From: Planctomycetota bacterium
Lineage (GTDB): Bacteria > Planctomycetota > GCA-002687715 > CAIWVZ01
Direction of reading: 5' to 3'
Assembly (NCBI GenBank): GCA_044222185.1
Contig: JBGANV010000001.1
Location: 544,001-608,000 of the forward strand
Length of the DNA stretch: 64,000 bases
The notes under the pieces are model-generated. The model was not told the DNA's origin. It did no database searches and saw only the letters and a program-made list of their open reading frames with translations. Every line of letters begins with the position of its first letter. Positions within the stretch are counted from its first letter, which is position 1. Of this stretch, positions 51,228 to 60,807 are shown in pieces. A program made the position numbers and the translations under genes.

Positions 51228-53690
51228 TCACTTGGCGGTGCCGAGCTCCTTGCCTTCGGCGTCCTTCTCCTTCTCCGGCTGCGGGACTTTCTCCGCGAAG
51301 TGGCCGTAGTCCGCGATCGCCTTCAGGTCGATGCCGATGGCCTGTGCAGACCGGAAGATCGCTCGTTGGAGCTGGAGGTCTTCCTGGAAATCGGCGACGA
51401 ACTCGCGGCCGCGCATGTCGGCGGCCTTCTTGCGGACCTCCGCGCGCAGGTACCGGCGGACGTCATCCTTGCCGAGAGGCGAATTGAGCTCCTTCGCGAG
51501 GTCGTCGAATCCGGGATAGCGGGTCGGATCCATCCCGTCGTTCACCGCGAGCTCGGCGATGAGCTTGGGGTTGTCGTCCGCCAGTTTGTTGACGTACTTC
51601 TCGACGTGCTTGGACTCGCGAATGCGGGCGAACTCTTCCGCCTTCCAGCCCTCGTACTCCTTCTGCGTGATCGTCTCGTCGGGCTTCACGCCGCCGAGTT
51701 CGATCACCTTCCCGTCGCGGTTTCGCTCGGTATGGATGCTTCGGCCCGACGGCAGGTAGTACCGGGCGATCGTGAGCTTCAGCTCGGGTCCCTTGTCGTA
51801 CTTGCCGTTGCCGTTGCGGTCGACGAACGCCTCTGGTCCGTCGTATCGGCCGTTCTTGTTGACGTCGACGAAGGGCTCGTCGGCGTCTCGGATCGCGTTG
51901 TTGTTGACGTCCGTGAACGGTTCGCCGGCGTCCCATTCGTCGTTGCGACGCGGCTTGTCCGTGAACGGCTCGCCTGGATCCCACATGCCGTTGCGGTTCA
52001 CGTCCTCGAAGGGTTCGTCTTCGTCCCAGACGCCGTTCATGCGCAGCTCGTCCGTGAACGCCTCGGGCGGAGCCGACCGCAGGGGGATGAACTTCTGGAC
52101 GCTCCCCTTGCCGAACGTGCGCTCACCGATGAGGACCGCACGCTTGTTGTCCTGAAGCGCCCCCGACACGATCTCGGAGGCCGACGCAGACCATTTGTTC
52201 ACGAGCATGACGACGGGGTATTTCCGCACATGCTCCGGTTCGAGAGACTTCAGGCTGCGCCGCGGTGCGACCTTCTTGTTGCGGCCTTCCCAGTAGCAGA
52301 TCTCCTGCTCGCCGTCTAGGAACTTGCCGGCGACTTCCTGCGCAGCGCGGAGGTAACCGCCCGAGTTGAACCGCAGGTCGATGATCAGGCTCTTGATGTT
52401 GCGCTTGTCCAACTCGACGAGTGCCTGTTCGAGCTCGAGGCCCGTGGGACCGCCGAAGGTGTCGATCACCACATACCCGATGTCGCCGGGGAGAAGCTCC
52501 CACTTCACGGTCGGGATCTGGATGCTCTCGCGGGTGATCTCGAAGTCGCGGGGCTTGGTCCAACCGCGCCGGAGCACGTTGATCTTCACCTTCGTCCCCG
52601 GGGGGCCCTTGAGGCGCGCCGTGATCTCGTTGATCGCGCGGTCAGCCGTGTCCCAGCCGTCGACCTTCAGGATCTTGTCCGCGGATTGGAGCCCAAGCCG
52701 GTAGGCCGGCCCGGAGTAGATCGGCTTGGAGATGAAGATGCGGCCGTTCTCGTCCAAGTTCACGTACGCGCCGATGCCTGCGTAGTTCTGATTGAGCTCG
52801 AACGTCCACTCGTCCACTTCTTTCGGCGTGAGGAACGTGGAGTAGGGATCCAGACGCTCGAGCAATCCCTTCACGGCGTAGACCCGGAGATCCTCTTCGG
52901 TGAAGTGATCGCCCTCCTGTGCGAAGGATCGCACGTCCTCGATCACCTCGTTGATGACGGCGTTGGGATCGTTCGGACGATTCCGCTCTCCCGAGTCGTA
53001 GGCCTTCGAGAGGAGGTTCGAGTACTCGGCGAGCTTCAGGTGGAGCGCGGCGAGCTGGCCACGCGGGGAAGGCTCGTTCTTGATCTCGTCGAGATACGGC
53101 TTGGCGGTGTCGAAGTCCTTGATCTCGGCGAGGGCGAGCGCGGCGCCGTACTTGACCTCGGCGTCCGAGGACTTGAGGAGCTCGGCGAGTTCCTGCTTGG
53201 CCTGGCGTTGGCGGTCGTCGGAGAGCTGCCAGACGGCCCTTGCGAGCCGGACCTTCACGGCGCCGGGCATGGACTTTTCGAGGAGGTCCGCGAGGCCCGA
53301 GCCCGCTTCCTCGACGTCACGGTCGATCAGGAGGTTGAGCGCCAGGATGCGGGCCTTGTCGTCGGTCCCGTCCTTCACGAGCCCGAGCAGCGCCTTCGCC
53401 GCCCGCGGCTTGTCCCGCAACGCCAGCAGCGCCCGGCTGACGCCGAGCTTCACGATGGGCTTGTCCGTGTCGAGCTTGTCCTCGAGTACCGGTACCGCCT
53501 TGTCGCCCAGGCGGGCCAGCTCATCGGACGCCTTCCAGGCGTTCTCCAGGGAATCCGTGTCGAGTCTGGCCACGAGCTCGTTGACCCGCTCGACCAGCGT
53601 CGGATCCTGCGCGGGCGCGAATGCGGTCGCCAAGGACGCAGCGAAGAGGACGGCGATCGGCACGAGCCGACGCTTGGAGACGATCAGCAT
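51228..53690 (-). CDS. ctpA: Carboxy-terminal processing protease (S41) with N-terminal HEAT repeats and an acidic repeat insertion
   Basis: LDPYS, GIG, PDZ, DLRFNSGG, SASASEIV, TFGKGSVQ, LTIARYYLPSG; start uncertain. Confidence 0.92.
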   Translation of the reverse strand: MLIVSKRRLVPIAVLFAASLATAFAPAQDPTLVERVNELVARLDTDSLENAWKASDELARLGDKAVPVLEDKLDTDKPIVKLGVSRALLALRDKPRAAKALLGLVKDGTDDKARILALNLLIDRDVEEAGSGLADLLEKSMPGAVKVRLARAVWQLSDDRQRQAKQELAELLKSSDAEVKYGAALALAEIKDFDTAKPYLDEIKNEPSPRGQLAALHLKLAEYSNLLSKAYDSGERNRPNDPNAVINEVIEDVRSFAQEGDHFTEEDLRVYAVKGLLERLDPYSTFLTPKEVDEWTFELNQNYAGIGAYVNLDENGRIFISKPIYSGPAYRLGLQSADKILKVDGWDTADRAINEITARLKGPPGTKVKINVLRRGWTKPRDFEITRESIQIPTVKWELLPGDIGYVVIDTFGGPTGLELEQALVELDKRNIKSLIIDLRFNSGGYLRAAQEVAGKFLDGEQEICYWEGRNKKVAPRRSLKSLEPEHVRKYPVVMLVNKWSASASEIVSGALQDNKRAVLIGERTFGKGSVQKFIPLRSAPPEAFTDELRMNGVWDEDEPFEDVNRNGMWDPGEPFTDKPRRNDEWDAGEPFTDVNNNAIRDADEPFVDVNKNGRYDGPEAFVDRNGNGKYDKGPELKLTIARYYLPSGRSIHTERNRDGKVIELGGVKPDETITQKEYEGWKAEEFARIRESKHVEKYVNKLADDNPKLIAELAVNDGMDPTRYPGFDDLAKELNSPLGKDDVRRYLRAEVRKKAADMRGREFVADFQEDLQLQRAIFRSAQAIGIDLKAIADYGHFAEKVPQPEKEKDAEGKELGTAK
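51790..52065 (-). repeat. About six tandem 16-17 aa E(P/A)FxDxNxNGxWD repeats inside CtpA
   Basis: EAFTDELRMNGVWDED/EPFEDVNRNGMWDPG/EPFTDKPRRNDEWDAG/EPFTDVNNNAIRDAD/EPFVDVNKNGRYDGP/EAFVDRNGNGKYDKG. Confidence 0.85.
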
Positions 53691-53954
53691 TTTCCAGCTC
53701 TTTCGGGCAGCAGATGGGGCGGATTTGGGGGGCATTCTAGGCGGCGCCTGCGGTGCGACAAGCGAAGTTTGCGCCCCCTCCGAAGGGGAAACGCACGATC
53801 CGTTACCGTTGTTCGCATCCGATTCGCCGGCCATTTGCCGAGACGTTCCCGTTCCCTGAAGCGAGGGCATCCGCGGGAATCTTCGGTCGCGAGCACCGGC
53901 GATCTGATGAACATCTCGGACAAACGCTCCCTTGGAGGCCTGCGAGGTCGGACC

Positions 53955-54941
53955 GTGCGCAAGAAACGATCGATTCTCCTCATCACTACGGGCGGCACGT
54001 TCGGAATGCTTCCCGGAGCTCGTGGATTCCTGGCGTCCGTCGAAAGGGCCGTGCCCGAGATCCGTGCAATCGCGCAGCTCAAGGTCCGCTCACCCTTCGC
54101 TCTCGACAGCGCGTCTTTGACACCAGATCATTGGCTGGTCCTCGCTCGCCTGATCGCTTCCGAGATCGATCAGTTCGACGGCTTCGTCATCACGCACGGG
54201 ACGGACACCATGGCGTACACCGCCGCAGCGCTGTCCTACCTGCTCGAGGGCTTGCAGAAACCGGTGATCCTGACGGGGGCACAACGGCCCCTGGCGGAGA
54301 TCCGTACGGACGCGCGGACCAATCTGATTGACGCCGTCGAAGTCGCGACCCTCGGCCTCCCTGAAGTCGCGATCTGCTTCGGTGGAGTGATCCTGCGGGG
54401 AAACCGGGCGCACAAGTGGAGCCTCAGCGACTACCGCGCGTTCTCCTCGCCGAACTACCCGCCACTCGCGGAGGCGGGAACCTCGCTGGTCGTGCACTGG
54501 CCGAACGTCCTCCGGCGCTCGACCCGGTTCCGCCTGCGAGACGCTCTGGACGCGCGCGTCCTCCACCTGACGCTTGCGCCTGGACTGTTCGGGTCCGGAT
54601 TGATCGGCCTCGACTTCTCACGCGTGCGCGGCGTCGTCCTCCAGACCTTCGGCGCCGGGAACGTTCCCCTTCGTGACGGGAAGGAGGCGTTTCCGCTCAC
54701 CCGGCTGTGCGAACTCGGCATCCCCGTGTTCGTCGTTTCCGGCCCCGAGCATGGGGCCGTGGACTTCTCTCTTTACGGGGGCGGGCGCCACGCGGCGAAG
54801 GCGGGGGCCATCTCGGCCGGTGACATGACGTCGGAGGCCGCCGTGGCGAAGCTCATGGTCGCCCTCGGCAGGTCCCGCGGCCCGCGTGACCTTCGCCGGA
54901 TGCTCGAGGCCGACTGGGCCGGCGAGGTGACGACGTCCTGA
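53955..54941 (+). CDS. ansA: Type I L-asparaginase
   Basis: TGGTFGM, DS, HGTDTMAY, ILTGAQ, RGNRA.K, AFSSPN, FGAGN, DMTSEAA. Confidence 0.9.
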   Translation: MRKKRSILLITTGGTFGMLPGARGFLASVERAVPEIRAIAQLKVRSPFALDSASLTPDHWLVLARLIASEIDQFDGFVITHGTDTMAYTAAALSYLLEGLQKPVILTGAQRPLAEIRTDARTNLIDAVEVATLGLPEVAICFGGVILRGNRAHKWSLSDYRAFSSPNYPPLAEAGTSLVVHWPNVLRRSTRFRLRDALDARVLHLTLAPGLFGSGLIGLDFSRVRGVVLQTFGAGNVPLRDGKEAFPLTRLCELGIPVFVVSGPEHGAVDFSLYGGGRHAAKAGAISAGDMTSEAAVAKLMVALGRSRGPRDLRRMLEADWAGEVTTS

Positions 54942-55014
54942 GGGCGCGAGCGCGGATGGCTTGGGCCGCCGACGGTTGATCCGTGTCAGCCCGGCCGATA
55001 CGGTCGACGTCCTC

Positions 55015-56289
55015 ATGACGGTCCCACGGCGAAACCCCGGCGAGCTCGAAATCGACCTGTTCTGCAACGGCCTGCGGATCGACCCCGCGTGCACGCTGCG
55101 CAAGGACGCGCGGGCGATCTCACGTACGCGGGCCGGGCTGGGCTCCGGGCTCGAACTCGTGATCCCGGGCGATCTGAAGGACCTCTGGCTGAACGTGCCG
55201 GTGGAGGAGGACTTCGCAGCGCGGTCGCCGTTCCTCCTCACCACCGATGGCGAGGCCTACCGCGTACGCGACGAGCGCAACGGCGAGTCGTACGACGTCC
55301 GGGTCCCCACCGAGCCCGCGTGGTATCGGGAGCGCACCTCCAGGGGCACGCTCATGAAAGAGGTCGGCGTCCTTCAGGGGACGTACCTGGGTATCTACGT
55401 CAGCAACTCGTGCATGTACTGGTACGGCGACAAGGCCGAGAACTGCAAGTTCTGCACCACGGGCTACAACGTCGGCGTCAACGAAGTGGCGCAGAAGGAC
55501 GTGGACGACGTCGTCGAGGTGGCGGCGCGCGCAAAGGCCGAGTCCGGCGTCACCTTCGTCCACTTCAACACGGGTTACCAGAACGAGAAGGGGCTCGAGC
55601 AGATCGCGCCCTACATCAAGGCGGTCAAGGAGAAGGTCGGAGCGCTCATCGGAGTGCAGGCCGTGCCTCCGGCGGATCGCGGTGAGCTGTGGCAGTACGA
55701 CTGGCTCCGTGAACTCGGCGCCGATCACTTCTCGTTCTGCTACGAGTTCCACGACCCCAAGGTGTTCGCCGAGCTTCTTCCGGGCAAACAGCGCACGGTG
55801 GGCCAGCGCGCCTTCTTCGATGCCATGGAGTACTGCCAGGCGAAGATGCCCAAGGGGGCGTGCTCGGGCGAGATCATCGCGGGCGTCGAGCCCATCGAGA
55901 CCACGCTCGCAGCCATCGACTACATCACGGGACTCGGATCGTTCCCAACCGTGTGCATCTTCCGACCGGTCATCGGGTCCGACATGGAGCACTATCCAAG
56001 CCCGAGGTACGACGACATGGTGCGGGTCATGCGCCACATGTATCTGGCGTGTCGCAAGGCGGGCATCCCCATCGGCGCCGCACCGAACATCGAGGTGTCC
56101 CTGATCGTCAATCCCGACGACGCCGCGTACCTGGTCCCGCGCACCCTTGGCTTCCGCCTCGACCGCGCGTGGCTTCGCCTCATCAAGCGCCTGGCCTGGT
56201 TGAAATTCCGCCGTGAACTGCGCCCGCGGCCCATTCGCGCGACCCTGGACGTGAAGGCGAGGGCCGCCGCGTTGGCCACGTCGTCATGA
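55015..56289 (+). CDS. Radical SAM protein of unknown function (CX10CX2C)
   Basis: CMYWYGDKAENCKFC; TIM-barrel-type PGK, IIAG.E, P....FRP..G. Confidence 0.8.
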   Translation: MTVPRRNPGELEIDLFCNGLRIDPACTLRKDARAISRTRAGLGSGLELVIPGDLKDLWLNVPVEEDFAARSPFLLTTDGEAYRVRDERNGESYDVRVPTEPAWYRERTSRGTLMKEVGVLQGTYLGIYVSNSCMYWYGDKAENCKFCTTGYNVGVNEVAQKDVDDVVEVAARAKAESGVTFVHFNTGYQNEKGLEQIAPYIKAVKEKVGALIGVQAVPPADRGELWQYDWLRELGADHFSFCYEFHDPKVFAELLPGKQRTVGQRAFFDAMEYCQAKMPKGACSGEIIAGVEPIETTLAAIDYITGLGSFPTVCIFRPVIGSDMEHYPSPRYDDMVRVMRHMYLACRKAGIPIGAAPNIEVSLIVNPDDAAYLVPRTLGFRLDRAWLRLIKRLAWLKFRRELRPRPIRATLDVKARAAALATSS

Positions 56290-56684
56290 TCGAAGTCGAG
56301 AGCGACGCGGCGTGGACGCGCCCGAGCACGCCGCCGCTGTCCGATCTCGCGGCGATCCTGGATGCCCATGCCGAGCGTTTCGTCGTCGACCCCTTGCGTG
56401 AAGGGGTGGACGTCCGATGCTCGAACGTCATCGACGGCAAGCCGAACCGCGCGCGCGTGAAGGCCTTCGTGCCCAAGCCCGGAATCCTGGTGATCTTCCT
56501 GTACAAGGACAGCCAGGTGCCGTTCTCGGACGACCGCTTTTCGTACGGCGCGCTCACCGTGAAGCAGAAGGCGCTCCCGCAGTCGGAAATCGCCGAGGCG
56601 ATCGCCTACGCCCTCTCCGGGCTGAACCCCCAATTGCGACCGGACGCCGTGAAGCGCACGTTCCCGTTCACCGTTCCGCGGTGA
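56286..56684 (+). CDS. Hypothetical protein translationally coupled to the radical SAM gene
   Basis: ATGA overlap; coding-like 132-aa ORF with FLYK...FS.DRFSYG and C-terminal RP...KR.FPFTVPR. Confidence 0.75.
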   Translation: MIEVESDAAWTRPSTPPLSDLAAILDAHAERFVVDPLREGVDVRCSNVIDGKPNRARVKAFVPKPGILVIFLYKDSQVPFSDDRFSYGALTVKQKALPQSEIAEAIAYALSGLNPQLRPDAVKRTFPFTVPR

Positions 56685-56709
56685 CGAGCGGCGCCGCGGC
56701 CGTTACACT
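56681..56709 (+). promoter_or_regulatory. Possible efp promoter
   Basis: GTGACG-N17-TACACT. Confidence 0.4.
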
Positions 56710-56745
56710 GGCGGCCTTCTTTTCGCAAAGCGAGAGTCATTCACC

Positions 56746-57309
56746 ATGCGCGTCACCGACGTCCGAAAAGGCATGATCCTGGTCCATGAAGGGCAGCTGC
56801 ACGTGGTCGTCGACTACGAACACATCGCGCCCGGGAACTGGCGTGCGATCAACCAGCTGAAGCTGAAGAACCTCAAGACGAACGCCAACGTGATGCTCCG
56901 GCTGGGGTCGTCCGAGACGGTCGAGCAGGCGAACCTAGACCAGAAGCCCTGCCAATACCTCTACTTCGACCACAACCAGGGCTTCATCTTCATGGACAAC
57001 GAGTCCTTCGAGCAGTACACGCTCGACGCGGAGATCCTCGGCGACAAGAAGTACTACCTGGTCGAGAACGGCACGGCGACGCTCACGTTCCACGACGGCA
57101 ACCCCGTGAGCCTGGAGGTTCCGCCCCAGGTCGTGTTGAAGGTCGTCGAGGCCGAGAATGCGGCGCGCGGGAACACGGTGCAGGGCGTCACGAAGAAGGT
57201 GAAGCTCGAGACCGGTATGGAGCTCAAGGTTCCGGGGTACATAGAGCAGGGTGAGTCGGTGAAGGTGAACACCGAGACGGGCGAATTCGCCGGCCGCGCC
57301 AAGGACTGA
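56746..57309 (+). CDS. efp: Elongation factor P, loop sequence PGNW
   Basis: HIAPGNWRA, QYLY, FMDNESFEQ, RGNTV, LETG...VP..I..GE...VNT.TGE. Confidence 0.95.
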   Translation: MRVTDVRKGMILVHEGQLHVVVDYEHIAPGNWRAINQLKLKNLKTNANVMLRLGSSETVEQANLDQKPCQYLYFDHNQGFIFMDNESFEQYTLDAEILGDKKYYLVENGTATLTFHDGNPVSLEVPPQVVLKVVEAENAARGNTVQGVTKKVKLETGMELKVPGYIEQGESVKVNTETGEFAGRAKD

Positions 57310-57442
57310 ACGGGCGAAGCCGCGCGCCCGGGACGCACGCCGTCGCGCGATCTCCTCACGCGATACATCGGCGACGCGCACCAACTTTTTCCGAACACGA
57401 CGCGCACTCGAAGCGTCTTTCCCCACGGAGGCCCGCGGCACC

Positions 57443-59020
57443 GTGGTTGCGACTTCGTACGGAATCGTTCTGGATGGAATCGAGGGCGTGCTCGTCACGC
57501 TCGAAGCGCGGACCAGCTTCGACGCCGAGCCCGGCCAGATGCGCGTGATCGGGCTTCCGGATGCGGCCGTGCGCGAGGGCGCACTCCGCGCGCGCATCGC
57601 GCTCAGTCCCATACTCCAGAACCAGGTGTTCGATCTGGACTGGGGCGTCCTGGTCAACCTCGCTCCGGCTGACCTGCGGAAGGTCGGCCGGACACTCGAC
57701 CTTCCGCTCGCGATCGTCTACGCCGGGTTGGTACTCGGACTCGATGCGCGCGCGGTGCGTGAGTTCCTCTTCCTGGGCGAAGTTGGCCTCGACGGTTCCG
57801 TGCGCGCCGTGACGGGGACGCTGGCCGCGACGCTCGTCGCGCGGAAGTGCGGTCTGAAGATCGTCTGTCCGGAAGACTGTGCACGCGAAGCGCTGATGGT
57901 CGAGGGCCTCGACGTGTTCACGGTGCGCACCGTGGTCGACGCCATCGACGTCGTGCGGGGGAGGATCGATGCGCGCCCCGACGCTCGCGGATTCGAACCG
58001 GTCGCGTCGGGCGTTCCCGCGGGGATCCCCGACCTTTGCGAGGTGCACGGACAGTTCTTGGCACGGCGCGCGCTCGAGATCGCGGCCGCCGGCGCGCACA
58101 ACCTCCTTCTCGAAGGTGCGCCGGGCTCGGGCAAGACCATGCTCGCCCGACGGCTTCCGGGGATCCTGCCCCCGCTTTCTGACGAGGACGCCCTGGAGAC
58201 AGCGGTCATTCACGGGGCCGTGCGGGCCGTCGACCATGCGCGGTTTCACGTGCCCCCGTTTCGCAGCCCGCACCACACGGCGACCCCGGTGGGGCTTGCC
58301 GGGGGCGGGAGCCCGATCCGCCCTGGGGAGCTGTCGCTCGCGCATCGAGGCGTGCTCTTCCTGGACGAGTTCCCCGAGTTCTCGCGCGAGTGCCTGGAGG
58401 TTCTCCGCGAGCCCATCGAGGAGCGAGCGATCCACATCACGCGGGCGGGGCGCGTGCGGCGTCTCCCGGCGCACGTCCTCGTCGTCGCCGCAATGAACCC
58501 GTGCCCTTGCGGGTTCCACGGCCTGATGGACGGACGGTGTTCGTGCACTCCGCTCCAGGTTCAGCGTTACCGCTCCCGTATCTCGGGGCCACTCCTCGAC
58601 CGGTTCGACCTGCGTGTCCGACTGCGACCGGTCGGCGCCGGCGAGCTCGTGGATTCACCCGGCGGTGAGGGCAGTGATGCCGTCCGCGCGCGCGTCGTCG
58701 CTGCGCGCGAGGCACAGCGGCTGAGAGCGCGGGCGATTGGCGCCGTCTCGCCGAACGCCGATCTCGCGGACAAGGACGTCATGCGCGTGACGCGGCTCGA
58801 TCCTGCGGGGCTCGCCTTCTTCCGCCGGCTCGTCGAGAGCTATCGGCTATCCGCGCGGGGAGCGCGGCGCCTCCTCAGGGTTGCGCGCACGGTGGCGGAT
58901 CTGTCCGCCGCGGCGGAGGTGACGACGCTCCACCTCGCGGAGGCCGCATCGCTCCGCATGCCCGATGCGTCGGACGGGACGCAGGACGCGGCAGGTACGG
59001 CGTCCTACGTCGCGGGTTGA
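57443..59020 (+). CDS. comM: ComM / YifB Mg-chelatase-like AAA+ ATPase
   Basis: GLPD.AVRE, VNLAPADL.K, GSGKTMLA, PFRSPHH, LAHRGVLFLDE, NPCPCG, SGPLLDR. Confidence 0.93.
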   Translation: MVATSYGIVLDGIEGVLVTLEARTSFDAEPGQMRVIGLPDAAVREGALRARIALSPILQNQVFDLDWGVLVNLAPADLRKVGRTLDLPLAIVYAGLVLGLDARAVREFLFLGEVGLDGSVRAVTGTLAATLVARKCGLKIVCPEDCAREALMVEGLDVFTVRTVVDAIDVVRGRIDARPDARGFEPVASGVPAGIPDLCEVHGQFLARRALEIAAAGAHNLLLEGAPGSGKTMLARRLPGILPPLSDEDALETAVIHGAVRAVDHARFHVPPFRSPHHTATPVGLAGGGSPIRPGELSLAHRGVLFLDEFPEFSRECLEVLREPIEERAIHITRAGRVRRLPAHVLVVAAMNPCPCGFHGLMDGRCSCTPLQVQRYRSRISGPLLDRFDLRVRLRPVGAGELVDSPGGEGSDAVRARVVAAREAQRLRARAIGAVSPNADLADKDVMRVTRLDPAGLAFFRRLVESYRLSARGARRLLRVARTVADLSAAAEVTTLHLAEAASLRMPDASDGTQDAAGTASYVAG

Positions 59021-59031
59021 CGAGGTCGGCC

Positions 59032-60534
59032 TCAGCGCGGGCCGGTTGGATGGCTTTCCGTGTAGCGCTGCATGACGCTGTGCTTTCGCCCGTACGCGAA
59101 GTAGATCACGAGACCGAGCAGCAGCCAGATGGCGAGTCGCCACCAGTTCGCGAGCGGCAGTGACATCATCAGCATGAGGCACGACCCGATCCCGAGGATG
59201 GGGACGAGCGGGACCATCGGGCAGCGAAAGGGCCGCTCCGCCTCGGGGTTCGTCCTGCGCATCACGAGGACGGCGCCGCAGACGATTGCGAACGCCATCA
59301 GGGTACCGATGTTCGTGAGCTCGAGCAGCGCGCCGATGGGGAGGAGGCCGGTCAGGATCGAGACGAAGACGCCCACCAGGATCGTGCTGCGCCACGGCGT
59401 CTTGAACTTCGGGTGGACGTCGCTGAAGAACTTCTGGGGAACGAGCCCGTCACGAGCCATGGCGAGGAAGACGCGCGGAGCGCTCAGCATCATGACGAGG
59501 AGAACGGAAGTGATCCCGGCGACACCCGCGGCCGAGATGATGCCGTCGGCCCACTTCAGACCGGCGTGCTTGAACGCGCTGGAGACGCCGGCGTTCTCGT
59601 CGATCTGGTCGTACCGGACCATGCCCGTGAGGACGGCGACGACGGCGACGTACAAGACCGTGCAGATCAGCAGCGACGCCACGATGCCGATGGGGACGTC
59701 ACGCTTGGGGTTCTTCGCCTCTTCGGCATGCGTCGAGACCGAATCGAACCCGATGTAGGCGAAGAAGATGATCGCCGCGCCAGCCAGCATGCCGTGCGGG
59801 ACCTTCTCCGTCGGGCCTCCGCCGAGCGGGTGGCCGAACACCGTGAGACCCGACCAGCCGTACGGTGCGAAGTTGTTCCAGTTGTCGAAGTTGATGTAGA
59901 AGACGCCGACGAGGATCACGAAGATCACGGCGGCGAGTTTCACCGCGACCATGGCTGCGTTGAAGCTCGCGCTTTCCTGGATGCCCTTCACGAGCACGAT
60001 CGTCACGATCGCCGTGATGATGACGGCTGGAAGGTTGATCACACCGCCGCCCATGTGGAACGCACCAGCCACGTCGTCGTAGACGAGAGGCGCCTCCGAG
60101 ATCGCCTTGGGCAGGTGTATCCCCATCTTCTCGAGTACGGAGAGGAAATACCCCGACCATCCGTTCGCGACGGTTGCGGATCCAACGGCGTACTCCAGCA
60201 CCAGGTCCCAGCCGATGATCCAGGCGAAGAGCTCGCCGAGCGTGGCGTAGGCGTAGGTGTAGGCCGATCCGGCCACGGGAACCATGGACGCGAACTCCGC
60301 GTAGCAGAGCGCGGCGAAGATGCAGGTCAGTCCGGCGACGACGTAGGAGACCATGAGCGCCGGGCCGGCGACGTTGTGTGCCGCGCGGCCGGTGGCGACG
60401 AAGATGCCGGCGCCGATGATGGCGCCGACGCCGAGGCTCGTGAGCTGCACGGGCCCGAGCACGCGGCGCAGCCGGTTCTCGCTCTTCATCTCCTCCAGCA
60501 GGAGACTGAGCGGTTTCTTGCGGAACAACGACAT
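59032..60534 (-). CDS. APC/CAT family amino acid permease
   Basis: GAIIGAGIF, CYAEFAS, GSAY.Y, GWDL.LEY, FFAYIGFD, EE..NP. Confidence 0.93.
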   Translation of the reverse strand: MSLFRKKPLSLLLEEMKSENRLRRVLGPVQLTSLGVGAIIGAGIFVATGRAAHNVAGPALMVSYVVAGLTCIFAALCYAEFASMVPVAGSAYTYAYATLGELFAWIIGWDLVLEYAVGSATVANGWSGYFLSVLEKMGIHLPKAISEAPLVYDDVAGAFHMGGGVINLPAVIITAIVTIVLVKGIQESASFNAAMVAVKLAAVIFVILVGVFYINFDNWNNFAPYGWSGLTVFGHPLGGGPTEKVPHGMLAGAAIIFFAYIGFDSVSTHAEEAKNPKRDVPIGIVASLLICTVLYVAVVAVLTGMVRYDQIDENAGVSSAFKHAGLKWADGIISAAGVAGITSVLLVMMLSAPRVFLAMARDGLVPQKFFSDVHPKFKTPWRSTILVGVFVSILTGLLPIGALLELTNIGTLMAFAIVCGAVLVMRRTNPEAERPFRCPMVPLVPILGIGSCLMLMMSLPLANWWRLAIWLLLGLVIYFAYGRKHSVMQRYTESHPTGPR

Positions 60535-60557
60535 GAACGAGTCTCCTTGAAACCAGG

Positions 60558-60740
60558 TCAGGGGCCGAACCCGGCCGGCGGAACGGCCTCATCCTCCGGG
60601 TGCGGCGCCGTCAGGACCTTCCGGAAGCACCAGAACGTCAGGATCACTACGAACCCGACGGACGCGAGCATGAAGATCCAGCCTCCGGTATTCAGCGTGG
60701 GCGCGGCCGGAGGAGCCGTGGCGAGGAGGAATGATGGCAT
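60558..60740 (-). CDS. Small single-TM protein, possible NSS transporter accessory subunit
   Basis: 60 aa, LNTGGWIFMLASVGFVVILTFWCFRKVL; lies between two transporter genes. Confidence 0.6.
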   Translation of the reverse strand: MPSFLLATAPPAAPTLNTGGWIFMLASVGFVVILTFWCFRKVLTAPHPEDEAVPPAGFGP

Positions 60741-60807
60741 GGGAGTTCCGATCTGAGCTGACGGGGTTGCCGTCTCGTGAGTTCGTCGCGCGTCGCTCGT
60801 GATGCTG

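Noticed and set aside
51790-52065. CtpA insertion as an intein or CRISPR-like DNA repeat
   Set aside because: No intein C/S start or HN end. Repeats are conserved at protein level, in frame and degenerate in DNA.
52686-53954. 751-aa ORF suggesting an N-terminally extended (GatD-like) asparaginase
   Set aside because: The extension is antisense to ctpA; the asparaginase begins near GTG 53955.
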